Assembly: GCA_036785375.1 (NCBI GenBank)
Contig: JAWMAR010000193.1
Coordinates: forward strand, 2,232,001 to 2,296,000
DNA length: 64,000 nucleotides
From: Leucoraja ocellata
Lineage: Eukaryota
Direction: 5' to 3'
Positions 37,788 through 51,054 of this stretch are shown piece after piece (within the stretch, counting starts at the first letter, position 1; each line of letters starts with the position of its first letter). A program made the translations under genes and the position numbers. The notes below the pieces were generated by a model. It was not told where the DNA came from, did no database searches, and saw only the letters and a program-made list of their open reading frames with translations.

Positions 37788-39425
37788 AATATTCTACAAT
37801 TAAGGAACAGCGGTCATCAGTAATCAACTTGCCACATATCTTAATAATGAACTAAGAACAACAGTCTGTTCAACTTGCAGGAAAGTAAATGGAAGCAGGA
37901 AACAAATCGGCATTGTGCACATTAATGTGACAACTGCCACATCTGTGCCTCCTTTGAATATGATGAAGTGACAATGATAATGATACAAATGGTGATAAGC
38001 ATGATGAAAGTAGGCACAAAGATTTCATTATTGCTTAGTCAGGTTCAGGGTCACCTTTCGAAGAGGGATAGAAGAAATCATAGTGACAATAGTTTTAATG
38101 CCTTTCCATTTCTGCATCCACCAATGCCTAGGGGCAAAGGAAAATGTTGCCATTATCTAATAGATCCTGAATGACATGGTTGTACTGGGATGAGGTGAAG
38201 TTAAAACACATTTTTACATGCTTCAACTTGCCTCCATGTGGCAGATTTGTTTAAAGCCAAAGCATGATATATGAGGTGTACATTCTTAGGCTAAATAATC
38301 GGAGCCCAAGAGGAAGGGACAATTTTACTGAAAAGAGAAGCAAGTTGCAAAAGCTTGGACAGAATGGGCAGAGAGTTATAACTTACACATTTTTGTGATG
38401 TGATGGCAATGTTTTCCTCCATGGCAGCAGAAGGTTGTGAATCACTTCCACATGTCCATGGTTTACATTTCAAAATGCACATCAAGGTTTGCCAGATTAG
38501 ATTGTGTTACATCAAATGAAATGTTATTGTTCTTCCCGCAGACATCTGAGATTTTGTTCATTCCTGGGGTCCTTTTACCTCTTGTTTCATTCATTCCTGT
38601 TTCTGAATCCACTCACAATCGAACATCCTCCCTTCACAGTTTTATGAGAGGCAATGTTTTTTTCTGAAAGACACGACATGAAGCTATACAGATGGGCCCA
38701 GAAATTCTTAGGTGCTAGCCTTTGGTGTTAAAATCCTGTGTTGTGCATCTCTATGATGTGGCTTTCTAAAAAGGCTAAACTAATTATGATATTTGTTCAT
38801 TAAACAGGATTGCAAACTCCATTGTGTCATGTTGTTTCAAAAGCAATGGGTGTGACAAAAAAGCTCTAATTGAAGTTCTTGCAGCTGCTGGCATTTTAGC
38901 CACACAGCTGTGACCTTAGTAGACAGCTCAGAAATGCATGTGCACGGTACCACCTCCAAAACCCTTCCAGTGAATGGACGGTGAAGTTACTGTGGGCAGA
39001 GAGGGGAGGGGGAAGAGGGGGCAAGGGGGCAAGGGGGCAAGGAAAATGGAGTAAGAAGAGGCAGGGGCAGCTGACACTGGTGAGTGTGTTGCCAACAGGA
39101 ACAGGGATTTACTAAAGAGGATCCTCAAGAGGTTGATAAATCTATGGAAGGGGACTAATATGTGCACGGTGATCTTGCAGACTTTCCAGTTGATGCTGAC
39201 AAGGGATTTGCAGGGAGGTTGGTGTGAGAATCAACATTCCTATAGTGGTGACCAGAATGAAACAAAACATGATGTGACAAGATTTGTCAAGGTGAGTCTT
39301 CACAGATTAAAACTTTTTCATTACATTTATGGCATTTACTTTCGCCCCATTCACGCTTTGTTGGCAACACACTCAATAATGTGAGTTGTTTGTACTTCAT
39401 TTCTCTTCTGACTCAATTTCCTTAA

Positions 39426-40024
39426 ATGGCCTGTCCCGCTGTGGCGACCTAATTCATGAGTTTAGAAGAGTTTGGCCTCGACTCATACTCGCAGCATGGT
39501 CGACAAGGTCCTAGGAGGTCTTTGTAACTCTCCTTCATGCTCGAGAGTAGTCTCCGCGTACTCCAGGCCTCAGCTATGTCACGGTGTTTTTTTCAACATG
39601 CTGAAAAATGTCTGTGAGTAAAAAAAGTCGCCATGAAAAAAATCAATTTTTTTTTACTTGTAGGTTTAGTCGAGGTAGTTCATAGCAGGTCGTAATGCTA
39701 TCGTAAGTAACCGAAGGCAATCAAAGCTAATTGAAGAGAGTCGAAGGTAAAGCTTGTTGAAATAAAAAGGTAAGTAAGCCGACTTGTACTGTTAAATGCC
39801 TGCTAAACTTTATTAAAAGTTGTCTGGCTTCTTAAAAGTGTCTCCACTCCTTTCTCCCCCCTTCTCCCCCCTTCTCTACCCCCCCCCCCCAAAGGACATT
39901 GTTACTGTGCCAGCCGTCTTTTACCTTCCCGTTCATCGCGGGTGTGAATTACTGACAGTGCTCACCCGCTTTCCCTGGCCCCCGCCTTTGTGATGTGTTT
40001 GTGTGTGTGTGTGGGACAGGCCCT
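39426..40024. mobile_element. PIF/Harbinger-like MITE, same family as 35032-36093
   Basis: atggcctgtcccgct...gtgggacaggccct with TAA/TTA flanks and a shared internal sequence. Confidence 0.8.
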
Positions 40025-42305
40025 TTAGTCTTTCCCTCTTTCCGTGGCGCTCTCTCTCTCTGCTTTTCTCCCTTTCTCTGCTCAGTTCGACCCTCCTCTT
40101 CTCTCTCTTCCTCCACTGATATCTCTCTCCTTTCTTATCTCCCTCCTCTCTTGTGTACTATTGTTTCTAACCCATTTCCCATTGTCTGATCTTTTGTTCT
40201 CTCCTTTGCACCTCATATTTTTTACTCTCTCATCCAACAGGACAGAAACAAGCCCTTCAGCTCACAAGGTGCCGAACATAATGCCAAGTTACACTAATCT
40301 CCTCTGCCTGCAGGTGATCCATCTCCTTCAATTCTTACAACCAACAAGCTCAGATTGAAGAGGCCAAATTAATGGTGCCTTCAGATATCAATAAGACATT
40401 GAACTGTTCCTTTAATCAGATGCAGTCAATAACCTGTGGCACACCTAACACTGCGCTGCATTTAAATAAATGAACAAACCAATATAGTGAAAGGTTTGTG
40501 CACCACAGAATGGACCTTCCTTCACTATCTACCACATCACATGAAGGGGACAATACTGCACTCTTGGATCTTCAAAGTGTGCATTCATACATAAACATGT
40601 TTAATGCAGATATCACCACTGCACATGTAGTCAGATAACATGCCCATAAAAATTTCATTTGAGAGTTATCGCTAAGGAATTTTGTGGTGCATCATGGAAA
40701 ACTCAAGGGAATATAACGTCCCCACTTTTTGAGAATTCCTACTTAGACTGCATCGCAGATGTGCCATCAAATCTGGGTGATCACGGACATACTCGGAATC
40801 TCAAATAGTTGTTGATAACTTCAGCTTTTTTGGAAACTCTTGAATCTTGCTAGCATGTCCGGCAATATCAGCCGACCACGAGTCATTGCCGTTGGCACAA
40901 GCTTGTCACTCTGATGCAATTAATAGTTTTTAATATATCCAGCAGTTACTTTTAAAAAAATTAGAACAGCCTCGAATACACTGGAAGTGCTCTCATTGCA
41001 GAAATGAGACATAATTGATGAGATATAATGTTTGTGGTTCAGCCCAAGAGAACCTAATGTGTATTCCTTATCTCTTCTGCACTTCCTCAAAATGGCAGAG
41101 ATAGGAGCCCTGAGTTTGATTCTGAGTTACACATACCTTCTCAGTATTCCCAGGACATGGAAGTCAGAGACTCCTGTCCATCTTTTCAGGAATGGATCTC
41201 CCCTGCAGTTGTGCTCTCTGGGGCACTATCGTCCCCATCTTGCCCAAACCTGATATAACTGTCTGTTAAGAACACTTGTTGGCAGTCCATCCAGCATGTG
41301 GACTAGACTTTGGACTTTTTCTTTGTGTAAATTATGCCAAAATATGATAAATTGTGCATGTGTAAGGTATGCAAAAAGAATTTGACTGTGCAGTGCAATA
41401 ATGAACCATTGAACCAATGAACCAATGAAGCAATGTCCATCACATGGACAGCCTGGTCGGACATTTCCATCTCAGAGATATTCCTGCACATCCAAATGTA
41501 TGGCTTGCTCTGAGACAAATGAACAACTCTGGCCTTGTGATTCTGCAATACCAAAGAATTACCTGTGGAGACCACTGAATGAACGTCTTGACCAGCTGAA
41601 TATTAAATGCTCCAAATAACTTATTGAGTAATCTTGGTACATTGTATAATTCTGGGAGTAAATATCTATTAAATTACTTGACTGCAAATATCCTTTAATG
41701 AGGCATTTGATGAACAACTGCAAGGTTTACAAACAAAGAGGGGTACTTGCCATGAAGGTATTTAGCATTGAAATTAATTCACACTGAAGATTGTATTGGG
41801 TTTGAAATGCAAAAGGTGTGTACAGATGAGAAAATAGCTTTTTTAAATAAAGCTGGATGATGATGACAAATTTAATTTGGTCTGTGGTTCTGAGAAAATC
41901 TTTGTTATATTGTCTTGCTGATGCTGAAAACTGAACTGATAGCTTCAGCCTGCTGCTTTATGGAAGTGAAAGGCTGTGCCCATTTTGAACTCAGTAAGTT
42001 TTAATGGCCGCAGTTTCAAAATGATGGTAATTAATTGTGTCACAATGACTGAAGACTATTCCTAAAATACTCTAAGAGTTTAAATAACCTTGCTACTGAG
42101 CGAGTGATCTGAGACTGAGTGTGCAGAAAGGGGTGATGTTAGAGGGCTTGTAGGGCCCTTTCCTGGATCAAACACAGACAAAGTACATCCAATAATGTTT
42201 TCATGAAAACCTGGCACAGGACTCCAGATGTTGAACATTTGAACTGAATGGCTTCTTATTCTTGTCATCTTCCTTTTATCCCATCTCACACTGATTATCG
42301 TGGTA

Positions 42306-42550
42306 TTAGTTTAGTTTATTATTGTCAGGTGTACTGAGGTACAGTGAAAAGCTTTTGTTTGTGTGCTATCCAGTCAAAGAAAAGACTGTATATGATTACT
42401 GTCAAGCCGTCCACAGTGCACAGTTAGTGTCTGATTAAAGATAGTTCACAGATCTCTAATGAGGTAGATGGGAGATTAGGACTGCATTCTAGCTGATGAG
42501 AGGACCATTCAGTTGCCTGAATTCAGTTGGGAATAAACTGTTTCTGAATA
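42306..42550 (-). mobile_element. Rex/Babar-type LINE 3' tail
   Basis: ttagtttagtttattattgtcaggtgtactgaggtacagtgaaaagc; homologous to 20874-21018. Confidence 0.65.
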
Positions 42551-44690
42551 AACTGTCATTCATATTGGTGTCTTGGTTGCCAGACCAACCCTTGTTCAAC
42601 CTTGAAAGTAAATGGGTGAGTTTGTTGGTTGATTGAATTATGCATTGCGCAGTAGATTGTGAAAATTCCAGAGTACACTGGCTGCTGAGTACCACAGAGA
42701 ACCACATACACCACTGTGTGGTGCATTCAGTAAAACATCATTTTCATCTTGCAGTAGTGCTGCTGTTGCAAGTAATTGAGCAGCTGTTAGAGCAGATTAT
42801 GTCCCTTGTCCTCTCAAATCCACTGTTTAGGTTATTTCGAGACACAGGAGGCTCCAGATGCTGGGATATGAAGCAAAAAGCAAATTGCTGGAGGAATTTA
42901 ATGGATCAAGCAGCATCCATGGAGGCAAACAGATGGTTTATATTTTAGGTCAATCTCAGCAATCATGAGTTTCCCAAGCAGTTTGATTCTTTGCTTCAGG
43001 ATTGCATGTTCTCTGAACAATGAGATGTAACTGTGACTGGCGAAGATTGATTGAGTTGTGCAAGCTGCTAGTGTTCCTGGAATTCTCCTTTGGAAAGGTC
43101 TTTTGCTGGCTGACCACCAACTCGATGTTGATTTCTTATTTTTTAATTTTTGTTATTGGTGGGTGATAAGTACTATCTCTATGTTTAAGAAATGTCTGGA
43201 CAGGTACATGGAGGGTTATGGGACAAACGCTGGCAGATGGAACTAGTATGGATGGGACATGTTGGTCGGTGTGAACAGGTAGGGCCGAAGGGCCTGGTTC
43301 CTCACTGTATGATTATGACTATGATTCTAAGTGGGAGATCTAATGTTCACATGATTGTAGATTTTGAGTACATTAAATTTGGGAGATGCTACAATTGTAG
43401 CAAGTGCTTTGATCTGTTTTGCCTCCTTTGTAGGCTGTGGCTCCTTTTGACTGCATCAGAGATCTCACTTAAATAACAGTGAACTGATAATTGTGATCCG
43501 TAGCTTTTGCCAGCATCAACATACTGGAATGATCCTGTACTGAGGTACAGTGTACTCAGCTTACAGTACAGTGTACTCAGCGTATTGTACAGTCCAGCAT
43601 CAATGGACCGGGTGAAGAAATTAGGTAATGGCAATGGTAATGGTGCTGGTAATCTTGATTTCAACTGCACGAAAAGTCTAACCACATGTGCGTTTGTACT
43701 TGATGTTTTATGGGGCTGCATATTTCATAGGGCTACACACCTACCATAACCTGCATAAGACTTGATTTCTCTGAGTGGTGTAGATAAGAGAATGACTCCT
43801 TGTAAACTTTGGGTAAATTAATTAAATAAAACTTCCTTCTATGCATCCTGTGAAAAAATACTTTGGATGCTGGGGTAGGTGTCTGCTGCAGTCTCATGTC
43901 ATCCGAGGCAGAGGTGTGGTAAATCTCCAATTTAAGTCAGTTGTGCTTCAAATAGTGAAGTTTAGGAAGGCAGAGTCTTCAATGTAAAAAGTGTGTAAAG
44001 TTAGTTGCCTGTTGACAAAGTATTGTGCATTAATTCGCCCATGAAAGCTGGTTGCATTTGCTTAGCCCTTTAAGAAATGTTGTTTCTGATCTTGTTCTTC
44101 TTTGACTGATCGGGAATTGTTCTTTTTCCACTAATGAGGTTGAAAATCTGGCAGATAATGTTTTTTGGAACTTGCACCACTGTAGGTTTCATTTCAATGA
44201 ATTTGCCGTTAGAAAAAAATACTGCTAGATCATACAGAAATGTGACTGAAAATGATGTTTGCGACTGGCATTATGACACTCAGAATTGTGGGCAAAATTG
44301 TTTCACTTGATATTACTTGAGTTTGAACCGCACTTGCACAGATGAATTCTAGCCCACGTTGCCCGGGATCGTTGGAGCGAGTGGAGGAGGGTCAGGGCTT
44401 ACAGAAATCTGTAACGTTCCACACTCCATAGGGAGGGTTCTGGTGGAAGCCGCTGATTGGTGGAAGCAGACTAGAGGAAGCAGCTGATTGGGTGCAACTT
44501 CAGGTTAGCATTTCTGCTTTCTGGTTAAAGGTACAGTGCTTTAGTAAAGGTACAGTGCTTTTTGTTTATATAATAAAGGTGCAGTTTAAAGGTCAAGAGG
44601 GAGCAGCTGTTGTGAGTCAGATACCTGCTGATTTCTCCCAGCAGTTTCTATTGTATTATACTTGTATAGGAACCAGGGTAAGGCGGGAGA

Positions 44691-45626
44691 ATGACAGCCG
44701 GAGCAGTGTACTGTTCGGGATGTCAGATGTGGGAGGTCATGGTGTCGGATGGCCGTCCAGACGTTCACATCTGCACCAGGTGCAGCGAGATGGGGCTCCT
44801 AAGGGACCGTATTAGGATCCTGAAGCAGCAGCTTGATGACCTCTGTCTGGTCAGGGAGAGTGAGGAGGTCATAGAGGGGAGTTATAGGGAGGTGGTCACT
44901 CCAAAACCACGGGAGAGAGACATGTGGGTCACGCTAAGGAAGGGCAAGGGGCAGAGGCAGGGACGAGTGAGTACTCCAATGTCGGTATACCTTGGAAATA
45001 AGTACTCCTGCTTGAGTACGGATGGGGGTGACAGCCTGCCTGGGGGTAGCGAGAGCGGACGGGCCTCCAGCACAGAGACCGGCCCTGTTGCTCCTGAAGG
45101 TAGGGACAAAAAGAAGAGGGCAATAGTAATTCGGGATTCTATTGTTAGGGGGTCGGATAGGCGATTCTGTGGATGCAGTCGGGTGACCAGGATGGTGGTC
45201 TGCCTCCCTGGTGCCAAGGTCTCGGACATGTCTCAATGCGTCCAAGATATCCTGAAATCAGAAGGAGAGGAGCCTGAGGTCGTGGTACATATAGGTACCA
45301 ATGACATAGGTAAAAACAGGGAAGAGGTCCTGAAGGGAGGATTTAGGGAGTTGGGAGGAGAGTTAAAGAAAAGGACCAAAAAGGTAACAATCTCAGGATT
45401 ACTGCCTGTGCCACGTGACAGTGAGAGTAGGAATGGAGCGAGGTGGAGGATAAATGCGTGGCTGAAAGACTGGTGCAGAGGGCAGGGATTCAAGTTTCTG
45501 GATCATTGGGAGTTCTTTTGGGGAAGGTGGGATCTGTACAGAAAGGATGGGTTGCACTTGAACCCGAGGGGGACCAATATCCTGGTGGGGAAATTTGCAA
45601 AGGCTACTGGGGAGACTTTAAACTAG
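44691..45626 (+). CDS. CR1 ORF1 protein: zinc finger, coiled coil and SGNH/GDSL esterase-like domain
   Basis: CSGC...CTRC, heptad segment, xDS (IRDSIVRG), PGA, HIGTND and DGLHL in an intact 311-aa frame. Confidence 0.9.
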   Translation: MTAGAVYCSGCQMWEVMVSDGRPDVHICTRCSEMGLLRDRIRILKQQLDDLCLVRESEEVIEGSYREVVTPKPRERDMWVTLRKGKGQRQGRVSTPMSVYLGNKYSCLSTDGGDSLPGGSESGRASSTETGPVAPEGRDKKKRAIVIRDSIVRGSDRRFCGCSRVTRMVVCLPGAKVSDMSQCVQDILKSEGEEPEVVVHIGTNDIGKNREEVLKGGFRELGGELKKRTKKVTISGLLPVPRDSESRNGARWRINAWLKDWCRGQGFKFLDHWEFFWGRWDLYRKDGLHLNPRGTNILVGKFAKATGETLN

Positions 45627-46400
45627 AATGGTTGGGGCGAGGGACTCAATTAGAGAAAGCTAGTAGACAAAATGGGAGGCAGGAAGCGGAAAAGGGAAGC
45701 ACTTGGGCACAAGAGGAGAAAGAAAAAAAGGAAATAAACAGAGAATAAGAGGCGGGGGGTTTCTTAAATGTGCATATTTTAATGCTAGGAGCATTGTAAG
45801 AAAGGTGGATGAGCTTAGAGACTGGATAGACACCTGGAAGTATGATGTTGTGGCGATCAGTGAAACATGGTTGCAGGAGGGCTGTGATTGGAAACTAAAT
45901 ATTCCAGGATTTCGTTGCTTCAGGTGTGATAGAATTGGAGGGGCAAGAGGTGGAGGTGTTGCATTACTAGTCAGGGAAGATATTACAGCAGTGCTTTGGC
46001 AGGATAGATTGGAGGGCTCATCTAGGGAGGCTATTTGGGTGGAACTGAGAAGTGGGAAAGGGGTAGCAACACTTATAGGGGTGTATTATAGACCGCCAAA
46101 TGGGGATCGAGAATTGGAAGAGCAAATATGTAAGGAGATAGCAGAAATTAGTAGTAAGCACAAAGTGGTGATTGTGGGAGATTTCAACTTTCCACACATA
46201 GACTGGGAAACACATTTGGTAAATGGGCTGGATGGTTTGGAGTTTGTAAAATGTGTGCAGGATAGTTTTTTGCAGCAATACATAGAGGTACCTACTAGAG
46301 GAGGGGCAGTGTTGGACCTCCTGTTAGGAAATGAGACGGGACAGGTGGCGGAGGTATGCGTTGGGGAGCACTTTGGGTCCAGTGATCACAATACCATTAG

Positions 46401-46936
46401 AAACATAGAAACATAGAAATTAGGTGCAGGAGTAGGCCATTCGGCCCTTCGAGCCTGCACCGCCATTCAATATGATCATGGCTGATCATCCAACTCAGTA
46501 TCCCGTACCTGCCTTCTCTCCATACCCCCTGATCCCCTTAGCCACAAGGGCCACATCTAACTCCCTCTTAAATATAGCCAATGAACTGGCCTCAACTACC
46601 CTCTGTGGCAGAGAGTTCCAGAGATTCACCACTCTCTGTGTGAAAAAAGTTCTTCTCATCTCGGTTTTAAAGGATTTCCCCCTTATCCTTAAGCTGTGAC
46701 CCCTTGTCCTGGACTTCCCTAACATCGGGAACAATCTTCCTGCATCTAGCCTGTCCAACCCCTTAAGAATTTTGTAAGTTTCTATAAGATCCCCTCTCAA
46801 TCTCCTAAATTCTAGAGAGTATAAACCAAGTCTATCCAGTCTTTCTTCATAAGACAGTCCTGACATCCCAGGAATCAGTCTGGTGAACCGTCTCTGCACT
46901 CCCTCTATGGCAATAATGTCCATAATGGCAATAATG
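46401..46936 (-). mobile_element. Young CR1 3' fragment nested antisense in the endonuclease-coding region
   Basis: IEGVQRRFTRLIPG...EKAGTGY and a (tagaaaca)n tail. The host reading SDHNTI|SFDIIMER is restored on removal; ttag is duplicated. Confidence 0.92.
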
Positions 46937-47362
46937 TTAGTTTCGATATAATTATGGAGAGGGTCAGAACTGGAACTAGGGTTGAGATTTTTGATTGGAG
47001 AAAGGCTAACTTTGATGAGATGCGAAATGATTTAAAAGGAGTGAACTGGGACATTTTGTTTTATGGGAAGGATGTAGTAGAGAAATGGAGGACATTTAAA
47101 GGGGAAATTTTAAAGTACAGAATCTTTATGTTCCTGTTCGGTTGAAAGGAAACAGTAAAAATTGTAAAGAGCCCTGGTTTTCAAGGGAAATTGGACATCT
47201 TGTTCGGAAAAAGAGGGAGATCTACAATAATTATAGGCAGCATGAAGTAAATGAGGGGCTTGAGGAGTATAAGGAATGTAAAAAGAATCTTAAGAAAGAA
47301 ATTAGAAAAGCAAAAAGAAGACATGAGGTTGCTTTGGCAAGTAAGGTGAAAGTAAATCCAAA

Positions 47363-47469
47363 TAATAATAATAATAATGTTTTGTTTATAGAGACAGTGC
47401 ATATTAATTAACATTTTGCATGTAAATATGCGAGATTGTAGCCAATCAGTAGCTAATTTCCGTCTCTAG
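47363..47469 (-). mobile_element. 107-bp retroposed 3' tail of another LINE family, nested in CR1 ORF2
   Basis: (TTA)n tail and 6-bp TSD tccaaa. The host KVNP|KGFYSY is restored on removal. Confidence 0.8.
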
Positions 47470-49477
47470 TCCAAAGGGTTTCTACAGCTATATTAATAGC
47501 AAAAGGATAACAAGGGATAAAATTGGTCCATTGGAGAGACAGAGGGGACAGCTATCTGCAGAGCCAAAAGAGATGGGGGAGATATTGAACAATTTTATTT
47601 TCCTCGGTATTCACCAAGGAGAAGGATATTGAATTATGTGAGGTAAGGGAAACTAGTAGAGTAGCTATGGATACTATGAGTTTCAAAGTAAAAGAAGTAT
47701 TGACACTTTTGAAAAATGTAAAAGTGGATAAGTCTCCAGGTCCTGACAGGATATTCCCTAGGACATTGAGGGAAGTTAGTGTAGAAATAGCCAGGGCTAT
47801 GACAGAAATATTTCAAATGTCATTAGAAATAGGAATAGTCCCTGAGGATTGGCGTATTGCGCATGTTGTTCCATTGTTTAAAAACGGCTCTAAGAGTAAA
47901 CCTAGCAATTATAGGCCTGTTAGTTTGACTTCAGTGGTGGGCAAATTAATGGAAAAGATACTTAGAGATAATATATATAAGCATCTGGATAAACAGGGTC
48001 TGATTAGGAACAGTCAGCATGGATTTGTGCCTGGAAGGTCATGTTTGACTAATCTTCTTGAATTTTTGAAGAGGTTACTAGGGAAATTGACGAGGGTAAA
48101 GCAATGGATGTTGTCTATATGGACTTTAGTAAGGCCTTTGACAAGGTTCCTCATGGAAGGTTGGTTAAGAAGGTTCAACTGTTGGGTATAAATGCAGGAG
48201 TAGCAAGATGGATTCAACAATGGCTGAATGGGAGAAGCCAGAGGGTAATGGTGGATGGTTGTTTGTCGGGTTGGAGGCAGGTGACTAGTGGGGTGCCTCA
48301 GGGATCGGTGTTGGGTCCTTTGTTGTTTGTCATGTACATCAATGATCTGGATGAAGGTGTGGTAAATTGGATTAGTAAGTATGCAGATGATACCAAGATA
48401 GGGGGTGTTGTGGATAATGAAGAGGATTTCCAAAGTCTACAGAGTGATTTATGCCAGTTGGAAGAGTGGGCTGAAAGATGGCAGATGGAGTTTAATGCTG
48501 ATAAATGTGAGGTGTTACACCTTGGCAGGACAAATCAAAATAGGACGTACATGGTAAATGGTAGGGAATTGAAGAAAACAGTTGAACAGAGGGATCTGGG
48601 AATAACCGTGCATAGTTCCTTGAAGGTGGAACCTCATATAGATAGGGTGGTAAAGAAAGCTTTTGGTATGCTAGCCTTTATAAATCAGAGCATTGAGTAT
48701 AGAAGCTGGGATGTAATGTTAAAATTGTACAAGGCATTGGTGAGACCAAATCTGGAGTATGGTGTACAATTTTGGTCGCCCAATTATAGGAAGGATGTCA
48801 ACAAAATAGAGAGAGTACAGAGGAGATTTACTAGAATGTTGCCTGGGTTTCAACAACTAAGTTACAGAGAAAGGTTGAATAAGTTAGGTCTTTATTTTCT
48901 GGAGCGCAGAAGGTTAAGGGGGGACTTGATAGAGGTCTTTAAAATGATGAGAGGGATAGACAGAGTTGATGTGGATCAGCTTTTCCCTTTGAGAATAGGG
49001 AAGATTCAAACAAGAGGACATGACTTGAGAATTAAGGGACAGAAGTTTAGGGGTAACATGAGGGGGAACTTCTTTACTCAGAGAGTGGTAGCGGTGTGGA
49101 ATGAGCTTACAGTGGAAGTGGTGGAGGCAGGTTCGTTGCTATCGTTTAAAAATAAATTGGATAAGCATATGGGTGACAAGGGAATGAAGGGTTATGGTAT
49201 GAGTGCAGGCATGTGGGACTAAGGGAAAAAAGTTGTTCGGCATGGACTTGTAGGGCCGAGATGGCCTGTTTCCGTGCTGTAATTGTTATATGGTTATATG
49301 GTTATATGGTATAGGAGTCCAAATTTGCCCTTATTGCTGAGGCTATATCACATCCTCAATACAATGACAATTGCAATGTTTAAACTTATCATTAACAAAT
49401 GTTCACTCCTTCCAGGTTTATGTTGTACTTCCCCACTCAATTTTACATGATATGTATCCTATAAGAACTGTTTAGAG

Positions 49478-49960
49478 TATCAAGAGTCGAAGAGCGTTTA
49501 AGTCTTTGTACCGACCATGAAACAATTAAATGTTTTCCTGCAGCCGCATAACAGCCCTGTAAACACAATAAACATGCATAAATATAATATATTTTTTTAA
49601 ATCAATACATTAATAACTAATAACAGAGCAACAAAAAACACAGTCCGTAGAAGTTCATAGATACCAAGGTTAGTTTTGTATTTAAGGGCCTGATGGTTGC
49701 TTGGAAAAATCCATTCTTGAACATCTTGGTCAAGGTTTTCAGGCTCCTGTACCCTTTTCCTGGTGGTAATAGCAAAATGAAAGCATGGCCACAGTTATTT
49801 GAATCTTTGATGATTTGACTGCCTTTTAGAGGCAGTGGTTCCTATAGATCCCTTCAATGGTGGGGATGTCAGTACCTATGATGGACTGGGCAGTGTCTGC
49901 CACTCTCTATACATGATCCTTGGCGTTTATGTAGCCGAACCAGGCCATGAACTGAACAGT
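49478..49960 (-). mobile_element. Rex1/Babar-like 3' fragment
   Basis: Colinear with 18800-19320. Confidence 0.6.
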
Positions 49961-50249
49961 CAATATCACCATCACCGTTGCACATTCTTGGCAGTCAGCT
50001 ATAGCACAATGGTGACATTATATCCTTTGAGTCAGAAGGTCATGGATTGAAGTATACCTACCTCAAGGATGGCACAAAATATTCAGACAATACAAAAGAA
50101 TACCTGGATTTTGCAGGGACATCAGGTGTCAATAACATCATTGTGCACTTTTTGGAGTTGATCTAATATCAATTGAATACCCACAAAGACATGATGCCAT
50201 CTCAGTTAGTAGGAAACATGTGGTGTTTGTTTCCATGTGCTCACAGCCG

Positions 50250-51001
50250 GACAGAGGTGTACCCAACGACAACTTTAAAAAATCTCTTCCCTGCACAGGA
50301 GGTCCGACCTTTTCCCTGTCGGGTCTCTGACGTCGTTGGGGCCTAGCACCGTGGAGCGGCCTCCAGCCGGAACGACCTAGGGGCTCCAGTCGCGGAGCCT
50401 GCGAGGCTGCGGACATACCAGCCTGGGGCTGGTCGGCCTCGGAGCGTGGGGAGCAGGGATGGCTCGCTGCTGCGGCCCGACCCCGGAGCTCGAAGGCTCC
50501 AGCTGCAGCTGCAGCTGCAGGTCCGGTGGACTGGGACATCGGGAGCTCGCGGGTCCGGGTGAGAGACCGCTTTCCAGAGCTCCAGCAACGCAACTTCTCC
50601 AGCCCGTGTCGCGGGGTTGGAACGACCTGGAGCGGGGCCGTGCATTGCACGGCGCGGCTTTAATGGTCTCGGGATATTCCAGTGCCCACCGGGGGCTCCA
50701 CCATTGTGACATTTGGACCTGGAGCGGGGCCGTACATCGCCCGGCGCGGCCTAAAATGTTTGCGGGACTTACCATCGCCTGCCTGGGGCTTCAACATCGG
50801 GAGAAAAATGGAGAGCAGGGGAGAGAAGAGACTTTGCCTTCCATCACAGTGAGGAGGAGATTCACTGTGATGGATGTTTGTGTGAATTAAATTGGTTGTG
50901 TGTCCAGTATGAATCGTTTTTTGTTTGTATGGCTGTAGAAACAGAGTTTCGTTTGAGCCTCACTGAGGTTCAAATGACAATAAATATTGTATTGTATTGT
51001 A
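50250..51001 (+). mobile_element. Non-coding retroposon with CpG-island-like body and LINE-like tail
   Basis: GC-rich at 50290-50800, 13-bp hairpin at 50840-50874, and caaatgacaataaa followed by a (tattg)n tail. Confidence 0.65.
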
Positions 51002-51054
51002 CTTTCCCAAAACAGGGGCCAGCTATTTGAAGTGATGGTTTCTAAAACACAGAG

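Larger units (their letters stand above)
45703..49222 (+). pseudogene. CR1 ORF2 (APE endonuclease and RT), disrupted
   Basis: NARS, SETW, GDFN, SDH; KSPGPD, YRPVSLTS, DFSKAFD, PQGSVLGP, YADD. Broken by two insertions and several frameshifts. Confidence 0.92.
44400..49309 (+). mobile_element. Near full-length CR1/HER1 LINE
   Basis: 5'UTR, ORF1, ORF2 with APE and RT domains, 3'UTR and (atatggtt)n tail. The 5' boundary is approximate. Confidence 0.95.

Noticed and set aside
50138-50890. Overlapping 100-170 aa ORFs or a host CpG-island promoter
   Set aside because: The stop-poor GC-rich body lies within a tailed repeat, ORFs occur on both strands, and no domain is recognisable.
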